Positions 9,139-18,912 of a stretch of DNA of 27,604 nucleotides are shown here, piece after piece. The notes below the pieces were generated by a model, which was not told the DNA's origin, did not search any database, and saw only the letters and a list, made by a program, of their open reading frames with translations. Both the position numbers and the translations under genes were made by a program. The stretch is taken from IMG/VR virus record IMGVR_UViG_3300037465_000011, positions 1 through 27,604 of that record; one strand, given 5' to 3'. Every line of letters starts with the position of its first letter. Positions within the stretch are counted from its first letter, which is position 1. Source of the stretch: a virus (lineage: Duplodnaviria > Caudoviricetes).

Positions 9139-9332
9139 AGATCAACGTGCACTCACCGGAGTGGGTTGCTGTTTCCGGCGAGGTTAAAGGCAAACTCGAA
9201 GAACTCAGGACGGCCTTGGAAGTGGGGCGGAATCCTCACGAGGACGACCTGTTAACCAAAGGGCAAATCCGGGCTCTGAAATGGGTTCTGGAATTGCCGG
9301 AGAGCGATGATGACGCACGATCCGAGTCTTGA
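9135..9332 (+). CDS. Small helical protein typical of the portal-scaffold interval
   Basis: GGAG SD and GTGA coupling. The W...KGQIRALKWVLELP pattern is common at this position in podoviruses. Confidence 0.7.
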   Translation: MKINVHSPEWVAVSGEVKGKLEELRTALEVGRNPHEDDLLTKGQIRALKWVLELPESDDDARSES

Positions 9333-10350
9333 GGAACGTCAACCCGTAGAGCAACAGCCCACAACCGAGCAACAGGAAGTCGAGCCGTCGCAACCAAGCG
9401 ACGAGGATGCATTTGCCGCTGTCGTCGAACGACTCGACAAGGCCGGCGGCGATGCCAAGAAGGCCCTTCGTACGAAGCCCGAGCCTGAGCCGGCACAGAA
9501 ACCTCTTGACAACAGAAAGGCGAAGACCGATAACGGGGGCGCAGCACCGGATACCGACGATGAGCCGTTCCACGGCTTCAACGCGCTACCGGACGAGGCC
9601 AAGCGCAGGTTTTTGGAACTGCGCGAGGGCTACTCGAAGTTGCAGCAGAACTACCGGGCGCAGCAGAACCAGCTCACCCCGGTACAGCGACAAGCCGCGA
9701 AACTGCTCGCCGAGAAACAAGCCCTCGAAAAGCAGATTCAGGCACTCAAGACCCAACAGGCTCCCGCGACGAAACCGGTCCCGGAGAAGTGGAAGCGGCA
9801 CGCCACCGAGTTTCCGGAAGATGCGGAAGCATTCGAGGAACGACTCGCCGCTGAGCGTGCCGAGCTAGAGAGCAAACTGAATCCACTGCTGGAATCAGTC
9901 GCAGCGCTCTCGAAGAAGCTCGACGAATCTTCGACCCGCGTCGCGGAATCCGAGGAACGAGCGTTCAAGCGTGAGCAGCGCTCCGCCGTAGATTCATGGG
10001 CCGCCGAGCGTGGGATCGACTGGATCGAAACCATGCGCAGCCCGGAATTCAAGGCATGGGCGGACGCAGAACTGGAGCCAGAGGAACTGGAGCGCATCGG
10101 TCCCAATGGTTTCGACGCGCGCTGGTACGTCCGTTACCTCAGTCGTTTCCAGGCCGACATCGGCCGAGCGGAATCCGTGAATGCGGCTACAGCCGCGGCC
10201 TCCGCGCAGAAGCGTCGCGTTCAAGAAGCCTTGGACGTGGACCCCAATCCGGCCGCACGACATGGCCCGACGCAAGTCAAAGCGCCGGCTGATCCTGAGG
10301 AGGAACGCTTCGCGGAAGTACTGCGCAAGCACGGACACAAGATCGACTAG
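9307..10350 (+). CDS. Capsid scaffolding protein
   Basis: Acidic/Pro-rich N-terminus, long coiled coil and SPEFKAW motif; located between portal and capsid. Confidence 0.8.
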   Translation: MMTHDPSLEERQPVEQQPTTEQQEVEPSQPSDEDAFAAVVERLDKAGGDAKKALRTKPEPEPAQKPLDNRKAKTDNGGAAPDTDDEPFHGFNALPDEAKRRFLELREGYSKLQQNYRAQQNQLTPVQRQAAKLLAEKQALEKQIQALKTQQAPATKPVPEKWKRHATEFPEDAEAFEERLAAERAELESKLNPLLESVAALSKKLDESSTRVAESEERAFKREQRSAVDSWAAERGIDWIETMRSPEFKAWADAELEPEELERIGPNGFDARWYVRYLSRFQADIGRAESVNAATAAASAQKRRVQEALDVDPNPAARHGPTQVKAPADPEEERFAEVLRKHGHKID

Positions 10351-10401
10351 AGGCCGCGCTAAGTGTGCGTGGCCGCTCCCTAAACCTGAGAGGACACGCA
10401 A

Positions 10402-11439
10402 ATGGCAATCCGCCAGTATCAGCAGTGGCCGGAGGGCAACACCGAAGTCCAGTACCTTGCGATGAAGCAGGTACTCGACCGGGCTCCGGCTTTCGTCTGC
10501 ATGGACATCGCGACCGACAAGCGGAAGATGAACCGCAAGTCAGGCGCTGCGGTGGCCCTGCGTCGGTGGGCGAACCCAGCCATCGACACCACCGCCAACA
10601 ACACCGGCATTTCCAAGACGCCGCGTGCGCTGGCTGCGGTCGATTTCACCGGCACCATGAACCGCTACACGGAGGCTTTTCAAGCCTCCCGCTACGAGTA
10701 CGACCTCCATCCGTGGGATTCAGTCAAGGGCGCGACGGACGTGCTCTCGGACTTCCTCATCCCCGAAACGATGGAGACGATCCGCTACAACGCCGCGAAA
10801 GCGATCACAACTATCCTGTACAACTCGGCCGCGATCACTTCGCGAGCTGCCGTCAACGGAACAATCTCGCTTGGTCGCATCCAGACCGCCGTCCGCGGCA
10901 TTCGCAACTACCGTGGCGAACCGTTCCGTGCTGCCGAAGTCGGGCAGGCCCGTGACGGCACCAGTCCGGTCGAAGCCGCGTACTACGGCTTCGTCCACAG
11001 CGACGCCGAGCCAGACCTTCGTGTCGTTCCCGGCTTCAAGACGGTGGCCGAATATCCAGGCGGCAAGGGCCTCGCGCATGAGTTTGGCTGTACGCAGAAC
11101 GTGCGCTGGTTCACGTCGCCGACCTTCGCGCCCTACGCGAATGCTGGGGCTGCCTCGACGACCCTGAAGGCGACCGGCGTCACCGGAACGTCGTCTGGCT
11201 CGGCCGACGTGTACCCGTTCATCATCGTCGCCAAGCACGCACTGACCTCGATCGACTTGTCCGGAACCGGCAAGGCCGGGTTCGGCAATGCGATGGTCAA
11301 CGTGCTCGACAAGGCCGACAAGTCCGACTACAACAACGACCGCATCATTGTCGCCTCCGATTGGTACGACCTCTGCATCGTCACGTCGAACGAATGGGGT
11401 TGTGTGATCGAGTGCGGCGTGACCCGCAACCCGACCTGA
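10402..11439 (+). CDS. Major capsid protein (N4-gp56 family-like)
   Basis: 345 aa with GAGAGGA SD. Motifs KSGAAVALRR, YYGFVHSD.EPDLR..PGF..VAEY, EFG...NVRW and DVYP.IIV.K.A are typical of N4-gp56-type capsids. Confidence 0.88.
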   Translation: MAIRQYQQWPEGNTEVQYLAMKQVLDRAPAFVCMDIATDKRKMNRKSGAAVALRRWANPAIDTTANNTGISKTPRALAAVDFTGTMNRYTEAFQASRYEYDLHPWDSVKGATDVLSDFLIPETMETIRYNAAKAITTILYNSAAITSRAAVNGTISLGRIQTAVRGIRNYRGEPFRAAEVGQARDGTSPVEAAYYGFVHSDAEPDLRVVPGFKTVAEYPGGKGLAHEFGCTQNVRWFTSPTFAPYANAGAASTTLKATGVTGTSSGSADVYPFIIVAKHALTSIDLSGTGKAGFGNAMVNVLDKADKSDYNNDRIIVASDWYDLCIVTSNEWGCVIECGVTRNPT

Positions 11440-11450
11440 GGTGACTGACC

Positions 11451-11939
11451 ATGGCAATCAAGTACAGCAGCCTTTTCGTCGAGTCGCCGCAGCACAGCGG
11501 CGTCTACGAGGACCGATCGCCGCGCCCAAACAAGGTCGGCGAAATCGTGCAGTTCAATGGCACACTGACCATTTCGGCAGCAGCGACCGCCGGCGACAAG
11601 TGGCGTTTCGTGAAAGTTCCGAAGGGCGCACGCCTGAAGGACTGGAACGCGGAATGGGGTGACCTCGATACCGATGGTACGCCGACGCTCGTACATGATT
11701 TCGGGTGGGAAACCACAGATCCCGACGCGTTCCTGAACGACAGCACGCTTTTCCAGGCCGCGGACAGCACGGCCGCAGGCAACTCCTACACGGAGAACGC
11801 CACGGAGTTGCTGTTCGATGCTGTTGCCACGACGGCCGAGGACTATCTGTCTGCAACCATCGTCACCGGCGCCGCGGCGCTGTCGGCGGCGGCGACCATC
11901 ACGTTTCGCGGGAGCTTCTACGTCCCGGCAATCACCTGA
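11451..11939 (+). CDS. Putative capsid decoration/cement protein
   Basis: GAGGT SD; 162-aa beta-rich protein immediately after the major capsid gene and before the terminator; GD...FVKVPKGARL pattern. Confidence 0.6.
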   Translation: MAIKYSSLFVESPQHSGVYEDRSPRPNKVGEIVQFNGTLTISAAATAGDKWRFVKVPKGARLKDWNAEWGDLDTDGTPTLVHDFGWETTDPDAFLNDSTLFQAADSTAAGNSYTENATELLFDAVATTAEDYLSATIVTGAAALSAAATITFRGSFYVPAIT

Positions 11940-11963
11940 TCGTTTCGCAGTGGCAGCCGTCAC

Positions 11964-11992
11964 GGGGGCGCCTGCGGGCGCCCTCTTTCTTT
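11964..11992 (+). terminator. Rho-independent terminator after the capsid genes
   Basis: GGGGGCGCC-TGCG-GGCGCCCTC 9-bp stem followed by TTTCTTT. Confidence 0.8.
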
Positions 11993-12005
11993 CACCGAGG
12001 GAATA

Positions 12006-12773
12006 ATGAACGAATCCATCGAATCACTCGCTGCTTCGCAGTTTTCGACCGTCGACCGTGCGCAGATGCGCGGCATTCTTGACACGCTCGGGGTCCAAGC
12101 CCCTGGCAACGCAGGGGTCGATTGGATGCGCCGCAAGGCGCTCGCGCATCTTGGCATGGCCACCGATCCAGGGTCCGCCACCCCTGACGCCACGCCACCG
12201 AACCGCGACAGCAAGCCGCTGGCCGACGCTGGGTTCACCAACGGGCCTGGCTGGCGCGGGCGCTGGCACATCGTCATCATCACCGCGGCCAGCCCGGAGA
12301 TCAAGTCGTGCCCGCTCTCGTGGGAGGGCTGGACGATCAACTGTCCGCTTGGCGTCGAGTACGAGCTTCCGGAACCGCACTTCAACCGGTTACGTGATGC
12401 GGTGGGCGGACTCGTGTCGCAGAAGCGCATCTCGGACCAAGAGACTGGCGACGTGCGGTATGACAAGATCATCACGCCGTTTCGGCAGTTCAACTACAAC
12501 TACCTCGGCGTGAAGCCGGGGACCGAGAATCTGCCGGTCAGCGCACAGGACTACTACCAGCGTCTTGCGCGCAAGAACAATCGATTCCTCAACGCCAAGC
12601 GATCGTCCCTGATCCGCATCTACTCCGCGCTGTACTCCGACGCCGACGTGAAGGTGCTGCGGCAGATGAAGGACGAGGACATTCGCTCGGAAATCCTGCG
12701 CTTCCTTGGTCCTGAATTCGAGGATTGCGACGGCGAGTTCGCCGACGAAGCAGTGGCTAGCCAGACGCTCTGA
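12006..12773 (+). CDS. Hypothetical protein (255 aa)
   Basis: GAGGGA SD, typical codon bias, and position between the capsid and adaptor genes. Confidence 0.75.
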   Translation: MNESIESLAASQFSTVDRAQMRGILDTLGVQAPGNAGVDWMRRKALAHLGMATDPGSATPDATPPNRDSKPLADAGFTNGPGWRGRWHIVIITAASPEIKSCPLSWEGWTINCPLGVEYELPEPHFNRLRDAVGGLVSQKRISDQETGDVRYDKIITPFRQFNYNYLGVKPGTENLPVSAQDYYQRLARKNNRFLNAKRSSLIRIYSALYSDADVKVLRQMKDEDIRSEILRFLGPEFEDCDGEFADEAVASQTL

Positions 12774-12783
12774 GGGCCAGTGT

Positions 12784-13509
12784 GTGACCACACGCCTTGT
12801 GCTGTGCCAGACCGTGCACAAGAAGCTGCGGGCCGACAAGAACCTGCCCGGCTCTGCGCCAACGTCCACGACGAGCCAAACCGGCCTTCTCGGCGAGATT
12901 GTGACGTTCGTGGATGATGCCTACGAAGCGATCCAGCAGCTTCTAGAAACGTGGAACTGGCGGCGGCTGCAAGGCACGTTCAACACGACGGCGAGTACGC
13001 GCTCTTACTCAACAGCGACCATCCAATCGTCGCTGCCAACGTTCGACATCCTGCTGCCGATGAACGGCCAGTATGGCGACCAGCGCTACATCCTGTGCCA
13101 CCTGACATCGACCGGGGTCGGGGATCAAACCCCGGTATTCTTCCGGCCTTATGAAGTTTGGCGCGGCTACTTCGACCAAGGAACACGGCCAACGGGCAAG
13201 CCGACGCACTTCACCTTCCGTCCTGACGGAACCTTGGAACTGGACCCGACACCGGATGCGATCTACACGCTGACCTTCGACTATCGCCGTACGCTACACG
13301 CTCTCGCGGCGGACAGCGATGAGCCGATCATCCCGGCGAAGTTTCAGGATGCGATCGTGTGGGGCGCGATCCTGGAGTATTGCGCGACCCGCGACAACGT
13401 TCAGGACTTGGAGCGCAAGGCCATGAAGGCATACGACGAGATCATGGGCATCATGCGATCGGAGTCGGAGCCAGAGCCTCGGTTCTACTACAACGCGTTC
13501 TTCGGGTGA
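12784..13509 (+). CDS. Head-tail adaptor / tail tubular protein A-like
   Basis: GTG at 12784 with GAGGG SD. Adaptor-like pattern LCQ.V...QTG...IV.FVDDAYEAIQ...WNW, G.PTHF...LDPTPDAIYTL.FDY, D.DEPIIP..FQDAIVWGA. Confidence 0.75.
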   Translation: MTTRLVLCQTVHKKLRADKNLPGSAPTSTTSQTGLLGEIVTFVDDAYEAIQQLLETWNWRRLQGTFNTTASTRSYSTATIQSSLPTFDILLPMNGQYGDQRYILCHLTSTGVGDQTPVFFRPYEVWRGYFDQGTRPTGKPTHFTFRPDGTLELDPTPDAIYTLTFDYRRTLHALAADSDEPIIPAKFQDAIVWGAILEYCATRDNVQDLERKAMKAYDEIMGIMRSESEPEPRFYYNAFFG

Positions 13510-13512
13510 CGC

Positions 13513-16500
13513 ATGGGCTTCAATGCGATCGCTATTTCCGACGGGCTCGACCTGGAGTCCGACAAGGTCACGGCGCCGCCAGGTAGCCTGCTGGCCGGCA
13601 TGAATTGGGAGTTTGGCCGACAGGCCGGTCCCACGACCATGGACGGGTTCATGCGCTACGACGGCGGCAGCAACGCTGCGTCGTACCGCATTGGTGTGTT
13701 CACTTCGGTGCTCACGTCACAGGTTGCCGCCTGCGCGGTGGGCGATCAGGTGCAACTGATCGAGTACCCCAGCGAGGTTCGCAATCCCAAGACCGGCCGC
13801 GTGGCCTACTTCAACGAAACGGCCGTAGGCCCGTTGTTCCAGTACACGATCTACGTGGTGTTCCCGCGCGGCATGACGTATCAGCGCAACGTCGCTGGCT
13901 TGTTCAACATCACGTCATCCACGACAGTTGGTAACTCGGCAACGTTCACGTTCAACCACGCTCGCGAGACCCTTCTAGGGCGCGTCAGCGACTACGACAC
14001 CTACATCAACACCATCGTCACTTCGGAGCGCGCTTCGGTCACGCACGTTCCAGGCCGATACGGAAGTCAGGTCATCGGCCTGTTCGGGTTTCACGACAGC
14101 GTCTATGCGGTACGCGATTACCCGGTGCTGGACGTGGTTTCGACAGGGTTTATCGATCCGGCGTTGAAGCCCCTCAACGGCGACTACCTGTTCAAGGCCG
14201 ATGGTTCACTGATCGGAACTTTGGCAAAGCTGGTGGAGGATCGTGGACCGGTGAACGTCGCCGGCAATCACGTTCGTCTGATCCTGCGAGACGTTACCAA
14301 CACGACTGCGTCTACGCCAGCACAACTGAGCGACGCTGCGGCAATCTACATCGCGGTCACCACTGACCCGCATCTTGTCGGCGGCGGGGGCATGGGTGTT
14401 GCCCTTGGCGAGCTACTCACCGGGGATGACTTCTCGACGTTCGGCACGTTTGATAAGACGGCTACGGAAACCGCAGAAACCGAAGCCGGGCTGTACCGCA
14501 CGGTCCAGACCGGGGGATGGTCGCGAACGGACATGCTGCGAGAAGTGCGGTTCCGCTCCGGCACCACCGCGCTACGCGACCTCGCGACCTACCAGCGCAA
14601 TGCATTCTCTTCGACCACCACAGGCGACGCCGCTGGCGGCGCTGTCACCTACAGCAACACGGGAGACGTATACGGCTCCATCGCCGACACGCAAACCGGA
14701 CTGACCGCGCAGTGGTACGACCTGAACTCTCTGTTTGCTGACGACGGCGTCGTTGCGACGACCGCTGGTTTCGGATCAACCACCAGCGCGAATGCGCAAC
14801 TCGTCGTCCGCGGGTTCGACTTCTCGTCGATCCCTGACAACGCCACCATCACCGGCATCGAAGTCAGTATTGAGCGGCGCAAGAACGGCGCAACGGCAGG
14901 GGAGTATGTGCGTGACTCGTTCGTCGGGCTGACCGGCATCGGCGCCGGAACGATCACTTGGCTCCCCGGCGTGACGTACTCGCCGGTTAACTACGCCGAT
15001 ACGGCGACGGATTGGCCAGCAGCGCTTACCGTCAAGACTTACGGCGGCCAGAACGACACTTGGGGCATCGTTTCGCTTCAGCCATCGCAGATCAAGGCGC
15101 CGAACTTCGGGGTTTACCTGAGCGCCTTCCTGTTCGGCGGCGACTTCACCATGACCGACGTTGCGGAAATCGACTTCATCCGCATGAAGGTCCACTACAT
15201 CAACGGCTCCAACAAGCTCTACGTGTTCAACGCGACGGCCAACACGGCCGTAGCAATCGAAGTAGTGCGGGTCCACAAGACGGCCGGAGCCTATGATGCC
15301 GCGATCGCGTCTGCGACCGCCGAGGGCGTGCTGACTTTGCGTTGCGCGCTCGACACGCACAAGCCTTTCTTGCTCGGCGACGGCATGACCGTCACGTCGT
15401 TGTCTGACGGCACTGGCACGAGCTACTGCAAGCTAGGCGGCCCCGACTTCGAGGTTATGCTGCCATCGCAAGCTCAAATGACCGCGGAGGACTCGCAATA
15501 CGTCGATTTCAAAGCGAACTTCTACGCGGATGACGCCTACGAAACCATCTATGTCGCCAATGGCGCCGGACCGGCTTTCGCATGGGACGAGCGACAGTTC
15601 ATCCGCATTCACACCGAGTTGGTGCCGAAGCTCAACAAGCCTCGCCACATCGTCAAGCACGGCGCGCATTTGGGCCTGTTCTTCAAGTCGGGGCTGGCGC
15701 TATTCAGTTCGATCACTGAAACCGGCCCCGACCCGCTCAACTTCGTAGCGACCGATGGTGCGCAAGCTCGCGAGTTCGGAGACCGCATCACCGGAGCGCT
15801 GCCGCTCAATGCCGACGCACTCGGCATCTTCTGCGAATCCCGCGTGCTGTCGCTTCGCGGGTTGACGGCAAGCTCGTTCATCGACTCCGTGATTGCTGCC
15901 AACAGCGGATGCATCGAGTACACCGCTGTGGACATGGGCGACAATTTCGTCATCTACACCAACAATTTCGGCATCACGAGCACGGTCCCGACCGACCGTT
16001 TCGGCGATTTCGAGCCTGGGCGGATCAGCGCCAAGGTGTGGTCGTGGCTGGCGCGGCGCGTGCAGCGCGACGAAGCGAGCGCCGAATTGCGGCCGGTGCG
16101 TGCGATTCCAGTCCGCAACAAGGGGCAGTACAGGCTGTATTTCGCGGATGGATACGTGCTGACGCTCACGTTGCGGGATCGCCCGAAGTTCACGACGCAG
16201 CGCCTTGCGGCATCGCTCGAAGTCGGGGCCGAGTACTGGCCGATCCGGACTGCATGCTCGTTCGTGTACAGCGACGGTCGCGAGCGCTTGTTCATGTCCA
16301 AGAACCAGAGCTACTACGACCCGATTCCAGGTTTGCAGGACGGCGGTCATCGCTACGTCTACGAATTGGACGCAGGACGTAGTTTCGACGGGACTCCAAT
16401 TGTCACCTACATCGTGTTCCAGTGGAACGCGATCGGCTCGCCTTGGCAGAACAAGAAGTTCGACATGTTCGCGCTGTACGGCTCCAGCTTCGGCTACAGC

Positions 16501-16767
16501 GACATGAACGTGAGTCGGTACAGCGACTACGAGGACGCGCTCGACCCCGGTTCCAACGTCGAAGCGCTGAGCTTCGGATACACCACGGATACGCCATCGT
16601 TGATCCCGCGTCCGGCCCGCACTACATGCTCGCTTGGGATCGAGGGGTACGAGGTTGCTGTGAGAGTAGATCGCACGTCGTCCACGCAGGCTCCGATGAT
16701 GATCTCCGCCATTGCCATGAACGTTTCCGGTCGCGGCGACACGCGCGGCCACACTCGCAACCGCTGA
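13513..16767 (+). CDS. Tail nozzle / tubular protein B-like with inserted domain(s), 1084 aa
   Basis: Follows the adaptor; N-terminal GLDL...PPG.L...NWE...GFMRYDG; beta-propeller-like C-terminal half; YELDAGRSFDG.PI motif. Confidence 0.72.
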   Translation: MGFNAIAISDGLDLESDKVTAPPGSLLAGMNWEFGRQAGPTTMDGFMRYDGGSNAASYRIGVFTSVLTSQVAACAVGDQVQLIEYPSEVRNPKTGRVAYFNETAVGPLFQYTIYVVFPRGMTYQRNVAGLFNITSSTTVGNSATFTFNHARETLLGRVSDYDTYINTIVTSERASVTHVPGRYGSQVIGLFGFHDSVYAVRDYPVLDVVSTGFIDPALKPLNGDYLFKADGSLIGTLAKLVEDRGPVNVAGNHVRLILRDVTNTTASTPAQLSDAAAIYIAVTTDPHLVGGGGMGVALGELLTGDDFSTFGTFDKTATETAETEAGLYRTVQTGGWSRTDMLREVRFRSGTTALRDLATYQRNAFSSTTTGDAAGGAVTYSNTGDVYGSIADTQTGLTAQWYDLNSLFADDGVVATTAGFGSTTSANAQLVVRGFDFSSIPDNATITGIEVSIERRKNGATAGEYVRDSFVGLTGIGAGTITWLPGVTYSPVNYADTATDWPAALTVKTYGGQNDTWGIVSLQPSQIKAPNFGVYLSAFLFGGDFTMTDVAEIDFIRMKVHYINGSNKLYVFNATANTAVAIEVVRVHKTAGAYDAAIASATAEGVLTLRCALDTHKPFLLGDGMTVTSLSDGTGTSYCKLGGPDFEVMLPSQAQMTAEDSQYVDFKANFYADDAYETIYVANGAGPAFAWDERQFIRIHTELVPKLNKPRHIVKHGAHLGLFFKSGLALFSSITETGPDPLNFVATDGAQAREFGDRITGALPLNADALGIFCESRVLSLRGLTASSFIDSVIAANSGCIEYTAVDMGDNFVIYTNNFGITSTVPTDRFGDFEPGRISAKVWSWLARRVQRDEASAELRPVRAIPVRNKGQYRLYFADGYVLTLTLRDRPKFTTQRLAASLEVGAEYWPIRTACSFVYSDGRERLFMSKNQSYYDPIPGLQDGGHRYVYELDAGRSFDGTPIVTYIVFQWNAIGSPWQNKKFDMFALYGSSFGYSDMNVSRYSDYEDALDPGSNVEALSFGYTTDTPSLIPRPARTTCSLGIEGYEVAVRVDRTSSTQAPMMISAIAMNVSGRGDTRGHTRNR

Positions 16768-16780
16768 AGGAGTACAAACC

Positions 16781-17569
16781 ATGCCAGGCGTCGGCACTCC
16801 AGTCGTCCGCGAAGAAGATATCCAGCCGCCAGAGCAAGCCGGAACCGGACTCCCTGGGCTCATGTTTTCGCAAGGGATTCGCTCGTCTCCGGTGCGCGCA
16901 CGGCCTGTGCGCGAACGACAGGTCGGGCCGAACGAGCTGGCATCGGAGCGCTACCGAGCCATTACCGCGAACGACAGTCCGCTGACGCGCATGGCGCGCA
17001 GTCGTGGTGCCGAGACTGCGGCGGCCAGAGGTTCCAGTGCCGGCAGCTACTACGCTGGCGCGGCCGAGCGCTCGCTCGGCGAAACCGCGATCCCGCTGGC
17101 GTTGCAGGAAGCCGAGACCTACGGCCGCACCGCTGCCGACAACATGGCAGCGCAGAACGAGCGAGGACTTGGCGAGTTGTCATCGGCGACGACGTTGGAG
17201 GCCACGGGTATCACCGCGGGGTCAGCGCTTGAACAGGCGCGGATGCGCATCGAAGCCGAGCGGCTGGCGCAGGAGCGTGAACAGGCTTTCCGGCGTGGCG
17301 AGCGTGAGGCAGAGTTCGAGTTCAGTCGCGAGAACCGCGACCTCTCGTTCGGGCGCGAGGATCGCCAGCGTGCTGAAAGCCGCGGCTGGCAGCGCGAGGA
17401 TGCCGACCGCGACTATCGCCGTGCCGTCGAGTCTGGCGTCGTCGGGCGCATCCTAGAAACCATCACCAGCGACCCCTCGTACTTCCGCGACCCGCAGGCC
17501 GCGATCGGCATGCTGGAACGCTACCGTAGCGAAATTCGTCGCATTCTTGGCCTGGACGTAGGAGGCTGA
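16781..17569 (+). CDS. Putative internal virion / DNA ejection protein
   Basis: AAGGAG SD; Ala/Gly-rich then Arg/Glu coiled coil; DSPL..MAR..G...AAARG.S.S...G pattern of podovirus pilot-type proteins. Confidence 0.6.
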   Translation: MPGVGTPVVREEDIQPPEQAGTGLPGLMFSQGIRSSPVRARPVRERQVGPNELASERYRAITANDSPLTRMARSRGAETAAARGSSAGSYYAGAAERSLGETAIPLALQEAETYGRTAADNMAAQNERGLGELSSATTLEATGITAGSALEQARMRIEAERLAQEREQAFRRGEREAEFEFSRENRDLSFGREDRQRAESRGWQREDADRDYRRAVESGVVGRILETITSDPSYFRDPQAAIGMLERYRSEIRRILGLDVGG

Positions 17570-17570
17570 C

Positions 17571-17927
17571 ATGCCTCTTGGCGTATATGCTGCCGTTGCT
17601 CTCGGCGGGGCACTGATCTCCGGATTCTTCAGCTCGCGCAGCGAATCGCAGCGGCAGCGGCTCAGCGATCGTCAGTCGCGAGAGCAGAACCAGACGGCAA
17701 TCTATCTCAATCGTCTTGGCCGGCAGGACACCTTGGCTGATCGACGGTATCGCGAGGAAGCTATCAGCGGTTACCGCAGCGACTACACCGGCGACAGGCC
17801 AAATGCCGCTCCGGCCCTGACTGATCCTGCGTTGGCGGGCGCCGTGAATCCGTACGGGAGCGCTGGATCGTCAGGCGGATCACCTGGAGGCCGCCCGCCA
17901 TCCATGGCCAAGCGCCGCGTGGCGTGA
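17571..17927 (+). CDS. Putative small internal virion protein
   Basis: AGGAGG SD; hydrophobic Gly/Ala-rich N-terminus (AAVALGGALISGFFS) followed by a Gln/Arg helix, as in T7 gp14/P22 gp7-type ejection proteins. Confidence 0.6.
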   Translation: MPLGVYAAVALGGALISGFFSSRSESQRQRLSDRQSREQNQTAIYLNRLGRQDTLADRRYREEAISGYRSDYTGDRPNAAPALTDPALAGAVNPYGSAGSSGGSPGGRPPSMAKRRVA

Positions 17928-17928
17928 A

Positions 17929-18435
17929 ATGCGCTTCATCGTCCTGTCGCTCCCGCGATCGCGAACGGCGTGGCTGGCGCACTGGCTAGGCGTCCCGCAT
18001 GAGCCGCTCGCGGAGTGCTCGTCGATATGCGACCTGGATTGCGAAGGCTTGGTTGACACGACGGCAGTCATGTTCTGGCGGACCCTGGTCAGAAAGTGGC
18101 CAGCCGCGGCGTTTGTGATCGTCAAGCGGGACCCCGACGAGGTTAGAGAGTCGCTGCGCAAGATCAAGGCTCCGTGCCTGGTTTCGATCGCGCTTACGCA
18201 CTTGCGTCGAGCCGAGAAGGAGTTGGGTCAGGCGCTAGTGGTTGACTACCGCGATATGAATGCACGACTCCCGGAAATCTGGCGGGTGTGCAAGAACACG
18301 CCTTTCGATCAAGCATGGACGATGCAGTGTGTGGCTCAGAACATACAATGCAACCCGATGGCGATGCGCCATCGGTTCGATCCGGCACGATTCAAGGCGC
18401 TTCAGGAGGAACAATGGCAACTGCTGACGGCATGA
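17929..18435 (+). CDS. Sulfotransferase-like P-loop protein (168 aa)
   Basis: FIVLSLPRSRTAWLAHWL resembles the 5'-PSB loop (PRSGT), followed by HEP; FVIVKRDPDEVRES resembles the 3'-PB motif (RDPxDxxxS). Confidence 0.65.
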   Translation: MRFIVLSLPRSRTAWLAHWLGVPHEPLAECSSICDLDCEGLVDTTAVMFWRTLVRKWPAAAFVIVKRDPDEVRESLRKIKAPCLVSIALTHLRRAEKELGQALVVDYRDMNARLPEIWRVCKNTPFDQAWTMQCVAQNIQCNPMAMRHRFDPARFKALQEEQWQLLTA

Positions 18436-18911
18436 ACGGCGACCCTCTGCACGAGTCCGCGCCGAAGTACAAGATGACACCTATTCCTGAGGACATGCCT
18501 CAGGAGGCTGCGGATTTCGTCGAGACGGTGCGCAACGCGATGGCCGAGGACGAGGCGCAGGAAGCAATTGTCGGATTATTGGAGCAGGCCAAGGACATTC
18601 CGACCGTAGCGGCGATGTTGTGCCTAGACACGATCAAGGAGGCCGGCGGATCGAGCTTGTCGCCCGACCTTCTCTACGGCGACGGCGTCGTTTCTGACTA
18701 TGTGATGGACATCATTTTTGCGGTTGCCCAGCGTCACGAGCTACCTGGGTTCGACGGCGACGAAGGCCGCGAAAACTACATGGCGGCGATGGATATCGTG
18801 GATGAGCAGGCGGCCCCGATATTCGATCAAGGCGGCGGCGACCAGCAGTCCCCGCAGGAAGCTCCGGATGCTGCGACTGACCCTGGGTTGATGGACGCGG
18901 AGGACTTTTGA
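18414..18911 (+). CDS. Acidic helical hypothetical protein (165 aa)
   Basis: ATG at 18414 after a strong AGGAGGA SD; overlaps the end of the previous gene by 22 nt. Confidence 0.75.
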   Translation: MATADGMNGDPLHESAPKYKMTPIPEDMPQEAADFVETVRNAMAEDEAQEAIVGLLEQAKDIPTVAAMLCLDTIKEAGGSSLSPDLLYGDGVVSDYVMDIIFAVAQRHELPGFDGDEGRENYMAAMDIVDEQAAPIFDQGGGDQQSPQEAPDAATDPGLMDAEDF

Positions 18912-18912
18912 C

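Noticed and set aside
11420-11460. Programmed frameshift or read-through extending the major capsid protein
   Set aside because: No slippery heptamer, a second in-frame TGA follows within three codons, and the next gene has its own SD.
15700-16863. Long - strand ORFs (this 387-aa one, and others such as 23031-24005 and 24660-25484)
   Set aside because: They are antisense shadows of strongly biased GC-rich + strand genes and have no protein-like motifs.
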